Of a stretch of 64,000 nucleotides of DNA, positions 53,125-62,420 are shown piece after piece (within the stretch, counting starts at the first letter, position 1; each line of letters opens with the position of its first letter). Under the pieces are notes generated by a model. It did no database searches, was not told the origin of the DNA, and saw only the letters and a program-made list of their open reading frames with translations. The position numbers and the translations under genes were made by a program. The stretch lies in assembly GCA_031291995.1 (NCBI GenBank), contig JARLHZ010000022.1:11330-75329 (forward strand). Reading direction: 5' to 3'. This stretch comes from Candidatus Doudnabacteria bacterium (GTDB lineage: Bacteria > Patescibacteriota > Doudnabacteria > UBA920).

Positions 53125-53128
53125 AATT

Positions 53129-53581
53129 ATGGATATGCAAAAACCGCTTAACTTTGACGAACTGAAAAAAACTTTTAAGCCGATGCGCGACGTTAATGCC
53201 GAACACCGGCAGCATCTTTCCAAGCTGGAACGGTTGGCGGTCTGGATTACCGATCATATAGGCACAATGGGATTTATCCTGATAATTTTTTGCTGGACCA
53301 TATTGTGGCTGTCCTGGAACACGCTCGCTCCCAAAGCGGAAAGGTTTGACCCGTTTCCGGCCTTCGTTTTATGGTTGTTTATTTCCAATATGATCCAAAT
53401 ATTTCTTATGCCGCTAATTATGATCGGCCAAAATTTGCAGGGCCGCCACGCGGAACTGCGCGCGCAGGCGGATTTTGAAGTTAATACCAAGGCGGAACTG
53501 GAAGTTGAGGCGATATTAAGACATTTGGAAAATCAAAATAAATTGATTTTGGAAATTTTAAGAAAATTGGAAAATAATTAG
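53129..53581 (+). CDS. DUF1003-family membrane protein
   Basis: 150 aa. 'LERLAVWITDHIGTMGFILIIF...ISNMIQIFLMPLIMIGQNLQGRHAELRAQADFEVN' follows the DUF1003 pattern. Confidence 0.5.
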   Translation: MDMQKPLNFDELKKTFKPMRDVNAEHRQHLSKLERLAVWITDHIGTMGFILIIFCWTILWLSWNTLAPKAERFDPFPAFVLWLFISNMIQIFLMPLIMIGQNLQGRHAELRAQADFEVNTKAELEVEAILRHLENQNKLILEILRKLENN

Positions 53582-53673
53582 CCACGGGCGGCACTGGAAA
53601 TGCGGCATTTTGCGGACAAACCATCCTTAAATATAAACTTTTTCCGGATTCGGCCGCCATGCCGGATCTTTTT

Positions 53674-53701
53674 TTGAATTCTTCCCCTGTTATGTTATAA
53701 T
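53674..53701 (+). promoter_or_regulatory. Promoter TTGAAT-16-TATAAT upstream of pilB
   Basis: Near-consensus hexamers about 58 nt upstream of the pilB ATG. Confidence 0.45.
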
Positions 53702-53758
53702 GATTACGACAATTTGCCTGTGGAAACAAAAAGCTAAAGCTTTGATAATAAAACAAAT

Positions 53759-55513
53759 ATGGATCGTAACGAGCTCAATACAGCTTTAATACAAAAGAAT
53801 ATCCTTACCGACGACAAGCTCAAAGTCCTGGAAAAAGAAGCCGCCCAATTAAAGGTTCCTGAAGCCTGGGATGATTTTCTTATCGGGAAAAAGGCGCTTA
53901 AGGAAGACGAACTGCTTAACGTTAAAAGCGAACTTTTGGGCGTGCCGGTCGTGGATTTAACCAGCCTGCAAATCCCCCAGGATGTGTTGAATTTGGTGCC
54001 GGAACCGATTGCTCACCGCCATCAGGTTATTAGCTTTGCCAAGACTAAGGAAGATTTGTCCCTGGCCATGACCGATCCCGACGACATCCAAACCAAAGAA
54101 TTTATTCAAAAAAAGACCGGGTTAAAAATAAAAGCTTTTGTTATCGGTAAGACCAGTTTGGATTTCGGCCTGTCCAAGTACCATTCCAGCCTGGAAAAAG
54201 AAATCAAACATTTATTTACCCCCGAAGGCAAACCGTTGAGCAGTAAGCCGGAAGGGGAGAGCGCGCTGGATGACGGGCTCAAGAAAATGGCCCAGGAAAT
54301 TCCGGTTATCCGCGTAGTGGATACTTTGCTGGAATACGCGGTATTCGAAAAAGCCAGCGATATCCATATTGAGCCGCAGGAAAACGCCGTAACCGTACGC
54401 TACCGCATTGACGGCGTACTGCATGACGTTATGACTCTGCCCAAAGTAATCCAGGCGGCTATTGCGGCACGCATAAAAGTACTGTCCAACCTTAAAATCG
54501 ACGAGCATCGCCTGCCGCAGGACGGCCGTTTTAAAATCGACAAGGACGGTTACAAATTTTCTTTGCGCGTATCCACCATCCCGATTTTTGACGGTGAAAA
54601 AGTGGTAATACGTTTATTGGATGAATCGGCCAAAGCTTCAACTTTGGAAGATTTGGGGTTTGAACAGAACTCCCTGGAGATAATCAGCCGAAACATCAAA
54701 AAGCCGCACGGTATGCTTTTGGTAACCGGGCCGACCGGTAGCGGAAAATCCACAACTTTGTACACGGTTCTGTCCATGCTCAATACCAAGAGCGTGAACA
54801 TATCAACCATAGAAGACCCGGTGGAATACCGAATTGTCGGCGCCAACCAGATGCAGGTGAACCCCAAAATCGGCTTAACCTTTGATATCGGGCTTCGGGC
54901 GCTTTTGCGGCAAGATCCGAATATTATAATGATCGGTGAAATCCGCGACCGCGAAACCGCCGAGGAAGCGGTACACGCGGCTATGACCGGGCACATTGTG
55001 TTTTCCACGTTGCACACCAACACCGCGGCCAGCGCCCTGCCCCGGCTTTTGGATATTGGCGTGGAACCTTATTTAATCGCGTCAACAATTAACGCGGTAC
55101 TGGCTCAACGGCTGGTGCGCGTTGTCTGCAAGGACTGCCAGCAGGCATATAATTTGGACGAAGCCACGGTGGAGGGACTGTCAAAACAATTTCATTTGGA
55201 AAAACTTATTCCCATCCTTGTCCGCGCCGGTCTGGCGCCAGCCAAAATTAAAAGCCTGACGGAACTGCGCTTTTACAAAGGCCAGGGCTGCGACAAGTGC
55301 AACCACAGCGGCTACAAAGGACGCGTCGGCATTCACGAGATTTTGGAAGTGACCCCCGAAGTCCAGCAAATGATTATGGAACACAAATCCGCCCAGGAAA
55401 TCCAGGACGAAGGCGAAAAAGAGGGAATGGTTTTAATGTGGGAAGACGGGTTTTTAAAGGCGCTGAAGGGAATTACCACGATTGACGAGATAGTAAGGGT
55501 GTCGAAGGAGTAA
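53759..55513 (+). CDS. pilB: Type IV pilus assembly ATPase PilB/GspE (with N-terminal T2SS_E_N domain)
   Basis: 584 aa. Walker A is 'LLVTGPTGSGKSTTLY'. The Asp box and His box are 'IMIGEIRDRETAEEAVHAAMTGHIVFSTLHTN'. The tetracysteine motif is 'CKDCQ...CDKCNHSGY'. Confidence 0.85.
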   Translation: MDRNELNTALIQKNILTDDKLKVLEKEAAQLKVPEAWDDFLIGKKALKEDELLNVKSELLGVPVVDLTSLQIPQDVLNLVPEPIAHRHQVISFAKTKEDLSLAMTDPDDIQTKEFIQKKTGLKIKAFVIGKTSLDFGLSKYHSSLEKEIKHLFTPEGKPLSSKPEGESALDDGLKKMAQEIPVIRVVDTLLEYAVFEKASDIHIEPQENAVTVRYRIDGVLHDVMTLPKVIQAAIAARIKVLSNLKIDEHRLPQDGRFKIDKDGYKFSLRVSTIPIFDGEKVVIRLLDESAKASTLEDLGFEQNSLEIISRNIKKPHGMLLVTGPTGSGKSTTLYTVLSMLNTKSVNISTIEDPVEYRIVGANQMQVNPKIGLTFDIGLRALLRQDPNIIMIGEIRDRETAEEAVHAAMTGHIVFSTLHTNTAASALPRLLDIGVEPYLIASTINAVLAQRLVRVVCKDCQQAYNLDEATVEGLSKQFHLEKLIPILVRAGLAPAKIKSLTELRFYKGQGCDKCNHSGYKGRVGIHEILEVTPEVQQMIMEHKSAQEIQDEGEKEGMVLMWEDGFLKALKGITTIDEIVRVSKE

Positions 55514-55622
55514 TTTTAAAATTACAAATATCAACTGGCAAATTTCAAATATAGTAAAACGAAACCGATATAAGATCAGCGACCAATCAGCGTAACTATC
55601 AGCGTTAATTCAGCGGAATCCA

Positions 55623-56831
55623 ATGGCCGAATTTGCATACACAGCCCTGACTAAAGACGGGCATCACGAAAGCTCCACCATCCAGGCGCCGAACGCGGCG
55701 ACCGCGGGCCATTTACTCAAGGATCAGGGTCTGTTGCCAGTGCAAATTTCGGAAAAAGGCGGCAAGGGTGGTACCGATGTCCTGCAATTCTTATCCACTG
55801 TAAGTTTTAACGAAAAAATCGGTTTCATAGAAAACCTGGGAGTTATGTTGAAAGCCGGTATTTCCATAACCCGCTGTTTGCAAATTTTAGTCAAACAAAC
55901 CACCAATCCAAAATTTAAATCCATCCTGGCCGATGTCGGTACCCAGGTTGAACAGGGCAAATCTTTGGGTGAGGCTCTGTCCAAGTACCCCGGGGTTTTC
56001 CCCGGTATCGCCGTCAGCATGGTTAAGGTCGGCGAATTGTCGGGAAATTTGGACAAAAGCCTGGAATATTTAACGGTACAGCTGCATCGCGAGGCCGATT
56101 TAAAAAGCAAAGTTCGCGGCGCCATGATATATCCTTCGGTTATTGTCGGAGCCATGCTGATTATCGGCCTGCTTTTGTCCATATTTGTGTTGCCCGGTCT
56201 GGTTAGTATTTTTAAGGAGCAGGCGGCGGATTTGCCTTTGACCACCAAAATAGTAATTGCTTTTTCGGACTTTATGAGCGGCCACGCGATATTGGTCATT
56301 GGCGCGTTAATTGCCATTATTGCCGGTCTTGTTTCCGTTTACCGGACTTACCCCGGCCAGCGCGCTTTTGATACCATGAACCTCCATATTTTCAGCATCG
56401 GCCCGGTTGTCAGAAAAGTTAATTTAGCCAGGTTTGCCAGAATTTTAAGCTCAATGCTCAAGAGCGGGATCCCGATTGTCCAGGCTTTGGACGTGGCCGC
56501 CGACTCGCTGGGCAATATCCGCTATCGCGAACTTGTCAAAGAGGCTTCCGGGGAAGTTAAGGTCGGCAAAACCCTGGCCGAATCTTTGGGCAAAAATTCC
56601 CAGCTTTTCCCCGTGTTGGTGCTGCAAATGATCCAGGTCGGCGAAGAAAGCGGTACGGTGCAGGAAATTTTGGAACAACTGGCCGGGCATTACGAGGAAG
56701 AAGTCGACAATACTTTAAAAAATTTATCTTCGATTATCGAGCCGTTGCTTTTGCTGGCCATTGGCGCGGTGGTCGGCTTGCTTGCTTTGGCGTTAATTTC
56801 CCCAATTTACAGTATTTACCAAAATCAATGA
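55623..56831 (+). CDS. pilC: Type IV pilus inner-membrane platform protein PilC/GspF
   Basis: 402 aa with two T2SF domains (LGVMLKAGISITRCLQIL ..., LSSMLKSGIPIVQALDVA ...) and 3 TM helices. Confidence 0.8.
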   Translation: MAEFAYTALTKDGHHESSTIQAPNAATAGHLLKDQGLLPVQISEKGGKGGTDVLQFLSTVSFNEKIGFIENLGVMLKAGISITRCLQILVKQTTNPKFKSILADVGTQVEQGKSLGEALSKYPGVFPGIAVSMVKVGELSGNLDKSLEYLTVQLHREADLKSKVRGAMIYPSVIVGAMLIIGLLLSIFVLPGLVSIFKEQAADLPLTTKIVIAFSDFMSGHAILVIGALIAIIAGLVSVYRTYPGQRAFDTMNLHIFSIGPVVRKVNLARFARILSSMLKSGIPIVQALDVAADSLGNIRYRELVKEASGEVKVGKTLAESLGKNSQLFPVLVLQMIQVGEESGTVQEILEQLAGHYEEEVDNTLKNLSSIIEPLLLLAIGAVVGLLALALISPIYSIYQNQ

Positions 56832-57892
56832 AATTTAAACTATTTTCCAAAACCATACCCGCGTTCGGACTGGATATTTCCGGGAGTTCTTTTAAGTTTA
56901 TGCAGTTGGACGGCCCGGCCAAAAACCTGGGCGTTAAGGCTTACGCGGACGTTGCCGTACCCAAGAGCCTGATAGCCAACGATGTTATTACGGACAATAA
57001 AACATTCCTGACGCTGCTGAAGCAAAGCTTGGATCGGCCACAGTTTGGCCGGCTCACGACCAATTACGTAGTGGCCAGCCTGCCGGAATCAAAATCTTTT
57101 GTCCGCGTCATCCAGATTCCCAAAATGAGCGAGGGCGAGGCCGATAACGCCGTACCGTTTGAAGCGGAAAATTTTATCCCCCTGCCGCTCGACCAGGTCT
57201 ATTTGGATTGGGAAAAAATCGGCGAAGAGGGCGATAAAATGGTGGTACTAATGGTCGCGGCACCCAAAGAATTTGTAGACGGCTATATGGATTTGCTGGA
57301 GAAAGCCGGCCTTAAGCCGGCCGCGCTTGAAGTGGAGTCGCAAAGCTGCCGCCGGGCCGTTCTGTTGCCGGACAGCCGGGAAACCGTTTTGCTTGTGGAT
57401 ATAGAGGCCTATCGCAGCAGCATGATAATGGTGGAAAACGGCAGCCTGCAATTTACTTCCACTATTCCCATAGCCGGAAACAGTTTTACCGAAAGCGTGG
57501 CCAAGGCCCTGGGCGTTTCCGCCGCCAAGGCCGAGGAAATTAAACGCAAGGTTGGGATTGCCAATACCGCCGAATACCCCAATATTAAAACTTCACTGTT
57601 GCCGGTATTGGGGAATTTGGAAGCCGAAATCAAGAATATTTTAAAATTCCATGGCGAACATTCCAGCCGCCAGGTCGAGCGGATAATCCTTTCCGGCGGG
57701 AGCGCCAAACTCAAAAACCTGGCCGAATATTTGGGTCCGCAAATGTCGGGTTCCGGCGTCGCGAGAGTGGAGCTGGCAAACCCGTGGTTAAACGTCGGCA
57801 GCCAAAAACAGGAGTCCTTCCAGGAAGACAGCCTGAGTTTTGTTACGGCTATCGGCCTGGCCCTGCGCGGCGGCAATTACGAGATCACTTAA
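56828..57892 (+). CDS. pilM: Type IV pilus assembly protein PilM (actin-like ATPase fold)
   Basis: 354 aa. The N-terminal motif is 'FGLDISGSSFKFMQL'. The later motif is 'ILSGGSAKLKNLAEYL'. It overlaps the pilC stop by 4 nt. Confidence 0.7.
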   Translation: MKFKLFSKTIPAFGLDISGSSFKFMQLDGPAKNLGVKAYADVAVPKSLIANDVITDNKTFLTLLKQSLDRPQFGRLTTNYVVASLPESKSFVRVIQIPKMSEGEADNAVPFEAENFIPLPLDQVYLDWEKIGEEGDKMVVLMVAAPKEFVDGYMDLLEKAGLKPAALEVESQSCRRAVLLPDSRETVLLVDIEAYRSSMIMVENGSLQFTSTIPIAGNSFTESVAKALGVSAAKAEEIKRKVGIANTAEYPNIKTSLLPVLGNLEAEIKNILKFHGEHSSRQVERIILSGGSAKLKNLAEYLGPQMSGSGVARVELANPWLNVGSQKQESFQEDSLSFVTAIGLALRGGNYEIT

Positions 57893-57901
57893 ATTTATCA
57901 T

Positions 57902-58468
57902 ATGGCTAAAGTCATTAACCTGTTGCCCAAACCAAAGCAAAGGGAACTCCATTACGATTCCATTCTGCACAGCTTATGGAAACTCGTGATTTGGTCGTGC
58001 TTTAGTTTTGCCCTGGTATTTTTCGTCCAGGTTGCCACTAAGTTTTACCTGCAATTGGAAGGCCAGGTTATCCACGACCAAATCCAGGCGCTGCAGCAGC
58101 AGGTGGGCAAGCAGCAGAACAGCGACGTTAAAGTGCAAATTACCACGGCCAACAATTTAATTAAAGATTATCACGCGCTTTCCGTGGCCAGCCCGCAATG
58201 GTCTAAAATTATTAACGCTTTTGCCCCGCTGCCCCCGTCTGGGATAAAAATAAATTCCTTCGGGGTTAATACCGACACTAAGGCGATTACCATAACCGGT
58301 TTGAGCCCGACGCGCGATTTGGTCATTAAGCTCTATAATATTATTCTGGCGGATCAAAAAGATTTTTACGGGATAGACTATCCGCTGGAGAATGTCGTGT
58401 CGCCGACGGACGATACCTTCCACTTTACTTTTTACGTCCAAAACAGCCTTTGGAAACAGGCGCCTTAA
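57902..58468 (+). CDS. pilN: PilN-like bitopic membrane protein
   Basis: 188 aa with a single N-terminal TM helix after a short cytoplasmic tail (MAKVINLLPKPKQRE), the PilN signature N-terminus. Confidence 0.5.
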   Translation: MAKVINLLPKPKQRELHYDSILHSLWKLVIWSCFSFALVFFVQVATKFYLQLEGQVIHDQIQALQQQVGKQQNSDVKVQITTANNLIKDYHALSVASPQWSKIINAFAPLPPSGIKINSFGVNTDTKAITITGLSPTRDLVIKLYNIILADQKDFYGIDYPLENVVSPTDDTFHFTFYVQNSLWKQAP

Positions 58469-58483
58469 TTCCCGCGATTTTTT

Positions 58484-59035
58484 ATGGGTAAAATGTCAGC
58501 AAAAAATAAAATAATTATTTTACTTATTGTCTGGATTATGTCCGGCGCTTTAATGCTGGGCTATTTCTTTAAGATTTTAGACGGGCAAAATCTGCAGACT
58601 TTGAATGACATGGGCCAGGAGAGACTAACCTTGGCCGTGCTTCAGGCTGAGGATCAGAGTTTTAAGGAAGCGCAGAGCGATTTGCAAAAGCTGGCCCGGG
58701 AGCCAAAGCAGCCCGCTGATTTTTTCAGCAGCGATATTACGCTGGTAAAGGAACTGGTTATTTTGGAAAACATGCAGCCAAAATATGGGGTCCAAATGAC
58801 CCTGTCCGGCGTATCCGGCACGATTAATAATTTGCCGTCCGCGCCCACAGCCAGCCCGATTGTGGTCGTCCCATACAGCATCAGCCTATCGGGTTCGCTT
58901 GGCCAGGTGGTTAATTTTCTGGAAGCTTTGGAGAACGCCCCTTTTGTTACCGATATAAACGGTTTGTCCGTTTCCGTGGGGGGGCAAAACAGCGTGAATC
59001 TTAACTTGGCAGCCAATTTTTATCTGCTTAAATAG
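58484..59035 (+). CDS. pilO: PilO-like bitopic membrane protein
   Basis: 183 aa with an N-terminal TM helix then a coiled-coil. Its position after pilN supports the call. Confidence 0.45.
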   Translation: MGKMSAKNKIIILLIVWIMSGALMLGYFFKILDGQNLQTLNDMGQERLTLAVLQAEDQSFKEAQSDLQKLAREPKQPADFFSSDITLVKELVILENMQPKYGVQMTLSGVSGTINNLPSAPTASPIVVVPYSISLSGSLGQVVNFLEALENAPFVTDINGLSVSVGGQNSVNLNLAANFYLLK

Positions 59036-59043
59036 GAATTATT

Positions 59044-59490
59044 ATGGATAAGAACCTCAATATTAATATTAGTTTCAGCAAGCAGTCCTTTGGCGCGTTG
59101 TTTAAAAATTTAATTTGGATATTTTTTTGCGTGTTTCTGTGCCTGCTGGCCTTTGAAGGACTGGAAATCCGCAATTCGGTCGGACTTATTTTACAACTTA
59201 ACGAGGCGCCGCAGCAGGCCCTGCCGGCCAGGAATTCCGTAGATCGTATTGATTTCGGCACTTACGACAAAAATTTGACAAGAGTCCAAAACGCGCAAAG
59301 TTTTGTTTCTCCCGGCGGCATTAACTATGATCCGTTTAACGATATCGGCACGCCGCCCGCCGGCGGTCCGTCCGGAGCCGTTCTTGCGCCGAGTTCCACT
59401 CCGATTACCGCGCCTCAAAGCACCGGCACGACCCCTGCTCTTCCCGGATCTTTGGTTGCCACTTCAACATCCGGAACGCTCCCGCATTAA
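59044..59490 (+). CDS. Hypothetical pilus-operon membrane-anchored protein with Pro/Thr-rich C-terminal tail
   Basis: 148 aa with a TM helix at residues 20-40, then 'PPAGGPSGAVLAPSSTPITAPQSTGTTPALPGS'. Confidence 0.35.
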   Translation: MDKNLNINISFSKQSFGALFKNLIWIFFCVFLCLLAFEGLEIRNSVGLILQLNEAPQQALPARNSVDRIDFGTYDKNLTRVQNAQSFVSPGGINYDPFNDIGTPPAGGPSGAVLAPSSTPITAPQSTGTTPALPGSLVATSTSGTLPH

Positions 59491-59498
59491 CAGGAAAA

Positions 59499-59530
59499 CA
59501 AAAAACCGCCCTGGGCGGTTTTTTGTTGTT
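59499..59530 (+). terminator. Intrinsic terminator (CCGCC-CTG-GGCGG + T6GTTGTT) ending the pilus operon
   Basis: GC stem with a long T-run. An A6 tract lies upstream. Confidence 0.6.
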
Positions 59531-59590
59531 CGGGTTAAGGGATTTTTGCTATAATGGCAATCGGGGAAGCTAAATGCCGCCAGACTCGCA

Positions 59591-59667
59591 TGGTGACCTC
59601 GGTAGGATTCGAACCTACTACCTCCTGGTTCGAAGCCAGGCGCTCTATCCAAATGAGCTACGAGGCC
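59591..59667 (-). tRNA. tRNA-Arg (anticodon TCG), CCA-encoded
   Basis: The reverse complement GGCCTCGTAGCTCATTTGGATAGAGCGCCTGGCTTCGAACCAGG...GGTTCGAATCCTACCGAGGTCACCA folds as a cloverleaf. The anticodon loop is CTTCGAA. The T-loop is GGTTCGAATCC. Confidence 0.85.
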
Positions 59668-59714
59668 GCAAGGCGAGTCGGGCGGAATAACCTTACTCAT
59701 TTGCGGTTCTGTGT

Positions 59715-59790
59715 TGGTGGGTCGGGTGGGGATCGAACCCACGACAAATAGCTTAAGAGGCTACTGCTCTACCAACTGAGCTACCGACCC
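59715..59790 (-). tRNA. tRNA-Lys (anticodon CTT), CCA-encoded
   Basis: The reverse complement is GGGTCGGTAGCTCAGTTGGTAGAGCAGTAGCCTCTTAAGCTATTTGTCGTGGGTTCGATCCCCACCCGACCCACCA. The anticodon loop is CTCTTAA. Confidence 0.85.
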
Positions 59791-59874
59791 TTGCCTGCCA
59801 AAGCTTGCCAGGCGAACCCGTTTCACTTTAACTCTCGTTATTTTACATCAAACAGCCTTTAATTTCAAGTCTTT

Positions 59875-60861
59875 ATGGTATCAATGCTGCTGGGCTCCGA
59901 CGACTTTTCCAAAAAAATGCACATCGCCGAGCTGGCCAAAAAGCACCGGGCCGAAGTGGAGTTTTTTGGCGCGGATGGAACAAGACCGGAATTGGCGGGT
60001 TTTTTTGGCCAGGATCTTTTTGCCCGGCCCAAGATTGTTATTTTGGAGAATTTACTGACCGGATACGGGTACAGCGCCGGGTTGGTTGAAAAGTTGTCCG
60101 CCAGTAAAAATATTATTATATTTCAAGACACCAAGCTGGATAAGCGCCTGTCAGGCAACAAGCAATGGCTGGCCGACAAGAATCTCGAAATCCTGACTTT
60201 CGATTTGCCTCACGGCACGGAATTGGATAATTGGATTATCAAAAGGGTTAAAGAACTCGGCGGGTTAATCGGCCCGGCAGCGGCCGGTTTGCTGGGCTTT
60301 AAATTGGGGCGTGACGACGCAAAAGAGACGAGGTTTGGCGGAAAAGTTGTTGCCGTAGAAGAGATTTACAATTTATGGCAGGCGCAAGCGGAAATCCAAA
60401 AGTTGATTTCTTATTCAAGCGGCCGGGAAATTACGGAAGCGGATGTCCAGGCGCTGGCTTCGGAAAACGGCGAAGTCGATGTGTTTAATTTAATTAGCGC
60501 TATCGCGGAAAACCGGCGGCGGGAGACCATGACCCTGTTGGGCCGGTTTTTGGCCGGCCAAAGCACCGTAGACGAAAAGGGTTCCATAATCCAGTTAAAC
60601 GCCCTGTTGTCGGAACAATTTCGCAATGTCGCCATGGTGCAGGATTTTGTGGCGCGGAAAACTACGGATAACGAAATACTTGAAATTTCGGGCTGGAAAT
60701 CCGGCCGGTTGTTTGTAATAAAAAAAATTGCGGCCCGGTTCGCTCCGGACAAAGTCAGGGATACGTTGAATAAGCTTGCGGCGCTGGATGACGAACTTAA
60801 AACCGGCAGTGTGCCGCCGAAAGTTTTATTGGATTTGATTTTAGCACAGCTGTTTGTTTGA
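59875..60861 (+). CDS. holA: DNA polymerase III delta subunit-like protein
   Basis: 328 aa with a helical C-terminal domain. The N-terminal 'LLGSDDF' resembles the delta 'YLLYGEDxFL' motif. The assignment is moderate. Confidence 0.45.
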   Translation: MVSMLLGSDDFSKKMHIAELAKKHRAEVEFFGADGTRPELAGFFGQDLFARPKIVILENLLTGYGYSAGLVEKLSASKNIIIFQDTKLDKRLSGNKQWLADKNLEILTFDLPHGTELDNWIIKRVKELGGLIGPAAAGLLGFKLGRDDAKETRFGGKVVAVEEIYNLWQAQAEIQKLISYSSGREITEADVQALASENGEVDVFNLISAIAENRRRETMTLLGRFLAGQSTVDEKGSIIQLNALLSEQFRNVAMVQDFVARKTTDNEILEISGWKSGRLFVIKKIAARFAPDKVRDTLNKLAALDDELKTGSVPPKVLLDLILAQLFV

Positions 60862-60939
60862 CACGCGGTGCCGCCCGGTGTAATATTAAATTAAGATTTA
60901 ATACATCCTTCCCATCCCGGGAGGGATTTTACATGTTTT

Positions 60940-62175
60940 ATGGTGGAAAATATAAAAAATTTTGGTAAAATAACTTTTGCGTCCCTGGCAATAAGGAATT
61001 TCCGGCTGTATTTTATCGGCCAGGCTATTTCGTTAAGCGGCACCTGGATGCAGACTATCGGCCAGAGCTGGCTGGTGTTGGTTATAACCCATTCCGGTAC
61101 CCAGTTGGGTTTGGTTACGGCCGTGCAGTTTGTGCCGATTTTATTTTTCGGGCCATGGGGCGGAGTGGTGGCTGACCGATTCGATAAGCGGAAACTCCTT
61201 TATTTTACCCAAAGTGCCGCCGCCGTGCTGGCTTTGATTTTGGGAATTTTAGTCGCAACCGCCACAGTGCAGTTGTGGATGATTTATATTTTAGCCGCGG
61301 CGTTGGGGCTTGTTAATGCCTTGGACAATCCGGCTCGACAGACTTTTATAATGGAAATGGTGGGAAAGGATAATTTGTCCAACGCCGTGTCGCTTAATTC
61401 CACGCAGGTTAATTTGGCGCGTGTGATAGGTCCGGCCATAGGAGGGGCATTTATAGCTACCCTTGGATTGGCGCCTCTGTTTATTTTTAACGCGGTTTCT
61501 TATATAGCGGTTTTGATTGTTTTAAAAATGATGTCAGCCAGAGAATTGTCTCCCGCCCCCGTCGCTCAAAAAGCCGCCGGCCAGCTCAGGGAAGGCTTTA
61601 ATTATGTAAAGTCAACTCCGGTTTTGCGCGACACCTTGCTTATGATGGCAATTATTGGTACGTTGTCATACGAATTCTCCGTTATTCTACCTTTATTGGC
61701 GCAGTTCAGTTTCCACGGCAATGCCACAACTTATGCCAGTTTGACAGTGGCTATGGGAGTCGGTTCCGTTGCAGGAGGCCTTTATACCGCCAGTCGCAGT
61801 AAGCGATCGGCATTAATGCTTATTGCCGCGGCTTTGATGTTTGGCGCTACCATGTTACTTTCATCTGCTATGCCCAACCTTGAGTTTGAGCTTGCAGCGA
61901 TGGCCTTAGTAGGGTTTTTCTCCATAAATTTTTTGGCTCTGGGCAACTCGATCCTGCAATTGGAAAGCAGTCCGCAAATGCGCGGGCGGGTTATGGCTTT
62001 ATGGGCTGTGGCTTTTTTGGGATCTACTCCCATTGGCGGACCGATTATTGGGGCAATTGGACAGTATTTTAACCCGCGCTGGGGCTTGGCGGTTGGCGGT
62101 TTGGCCGCGGTATTCGCGGCCGGCCTGGGTTATTGGCGGCTGAAGCGGGACAGCAGACCGAGTTTGGTGGTATGA
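60940..62175 (+). CDS. MFS transporter
   Basis: 411 aa with 12 TM helices. The MFS motif A-like 'GPWGGVVADRFDKRKLL' lies between TM2 and TM3. Confidence 0.75.
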   Translation: MVENIKNFGKITFASLAIRNFRLYFIGQAISLSGTWMQTIGQSWLVLVITHSGTQLGLVTAVQFVPILFFGPWGGVVADRFDKRKLLYFTQSAAAVLALILGILVATATVQLWMIYILAAALGLVNALDNPARQTFIMEMVGKDNLSNAVSLNSTQVNLARVIGPAIGGAFIATLGLAPLFIFNAVSYIAVLIVLKMMSARELSPAPVAQKAAGQLREGFNYVKSTPVLRDTLLMMAIIGTLSYEFSVILPLLAQFSFHGNATTYASLTVAMGVGSVAGGLYTASRSKRSALMLIAAALMFGATMLLSSAMPNLEFELAAMALVGFFSINFLALGNSILQLESSPQMRGRVMALWAVAFLGSTPIGGPIIGAIGQYFNPRWGLAVGGLAAVFAAGLGYWRLKRDSRPSLVV

Positions 62176-62210
62176 TAATGGCATAGTCCAGTAACCATAA
62201 ATATACTGCC

Positions 62211-62420
62211 ATGACTATAATACAGCGGTCGCAAGCATGGCTGCAAAAAATCAGGGACAGCAAATCTCCCTATAAAAAAATAGTCGGGGTGGTATTTATT
62301 ATTTTGGGTTTTTTGGCGCTGGTTACTCCGTTTACCCCGGGTTCATGGCTGATTTTCGTGGGTTTGGAATTGGTGGGTTTGCGCATCACTGCCTGGGACT
62401 GGATAAAATCTAAATTATGA
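62211..62420 (+). CDS. Small hypothetical membrane protein (2 TM helices)
   Basis: 69-aa ORF. It overlaps the engB start by 4 nt, which suggests translational coupling. Confidence 0.3.
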   Translation: MTIIQRSQAWLQKIRDSKSPYKKIVGVVFIILGFLALVTPFTPGSWLIFVGLELVGLRITAWDWIKSKL

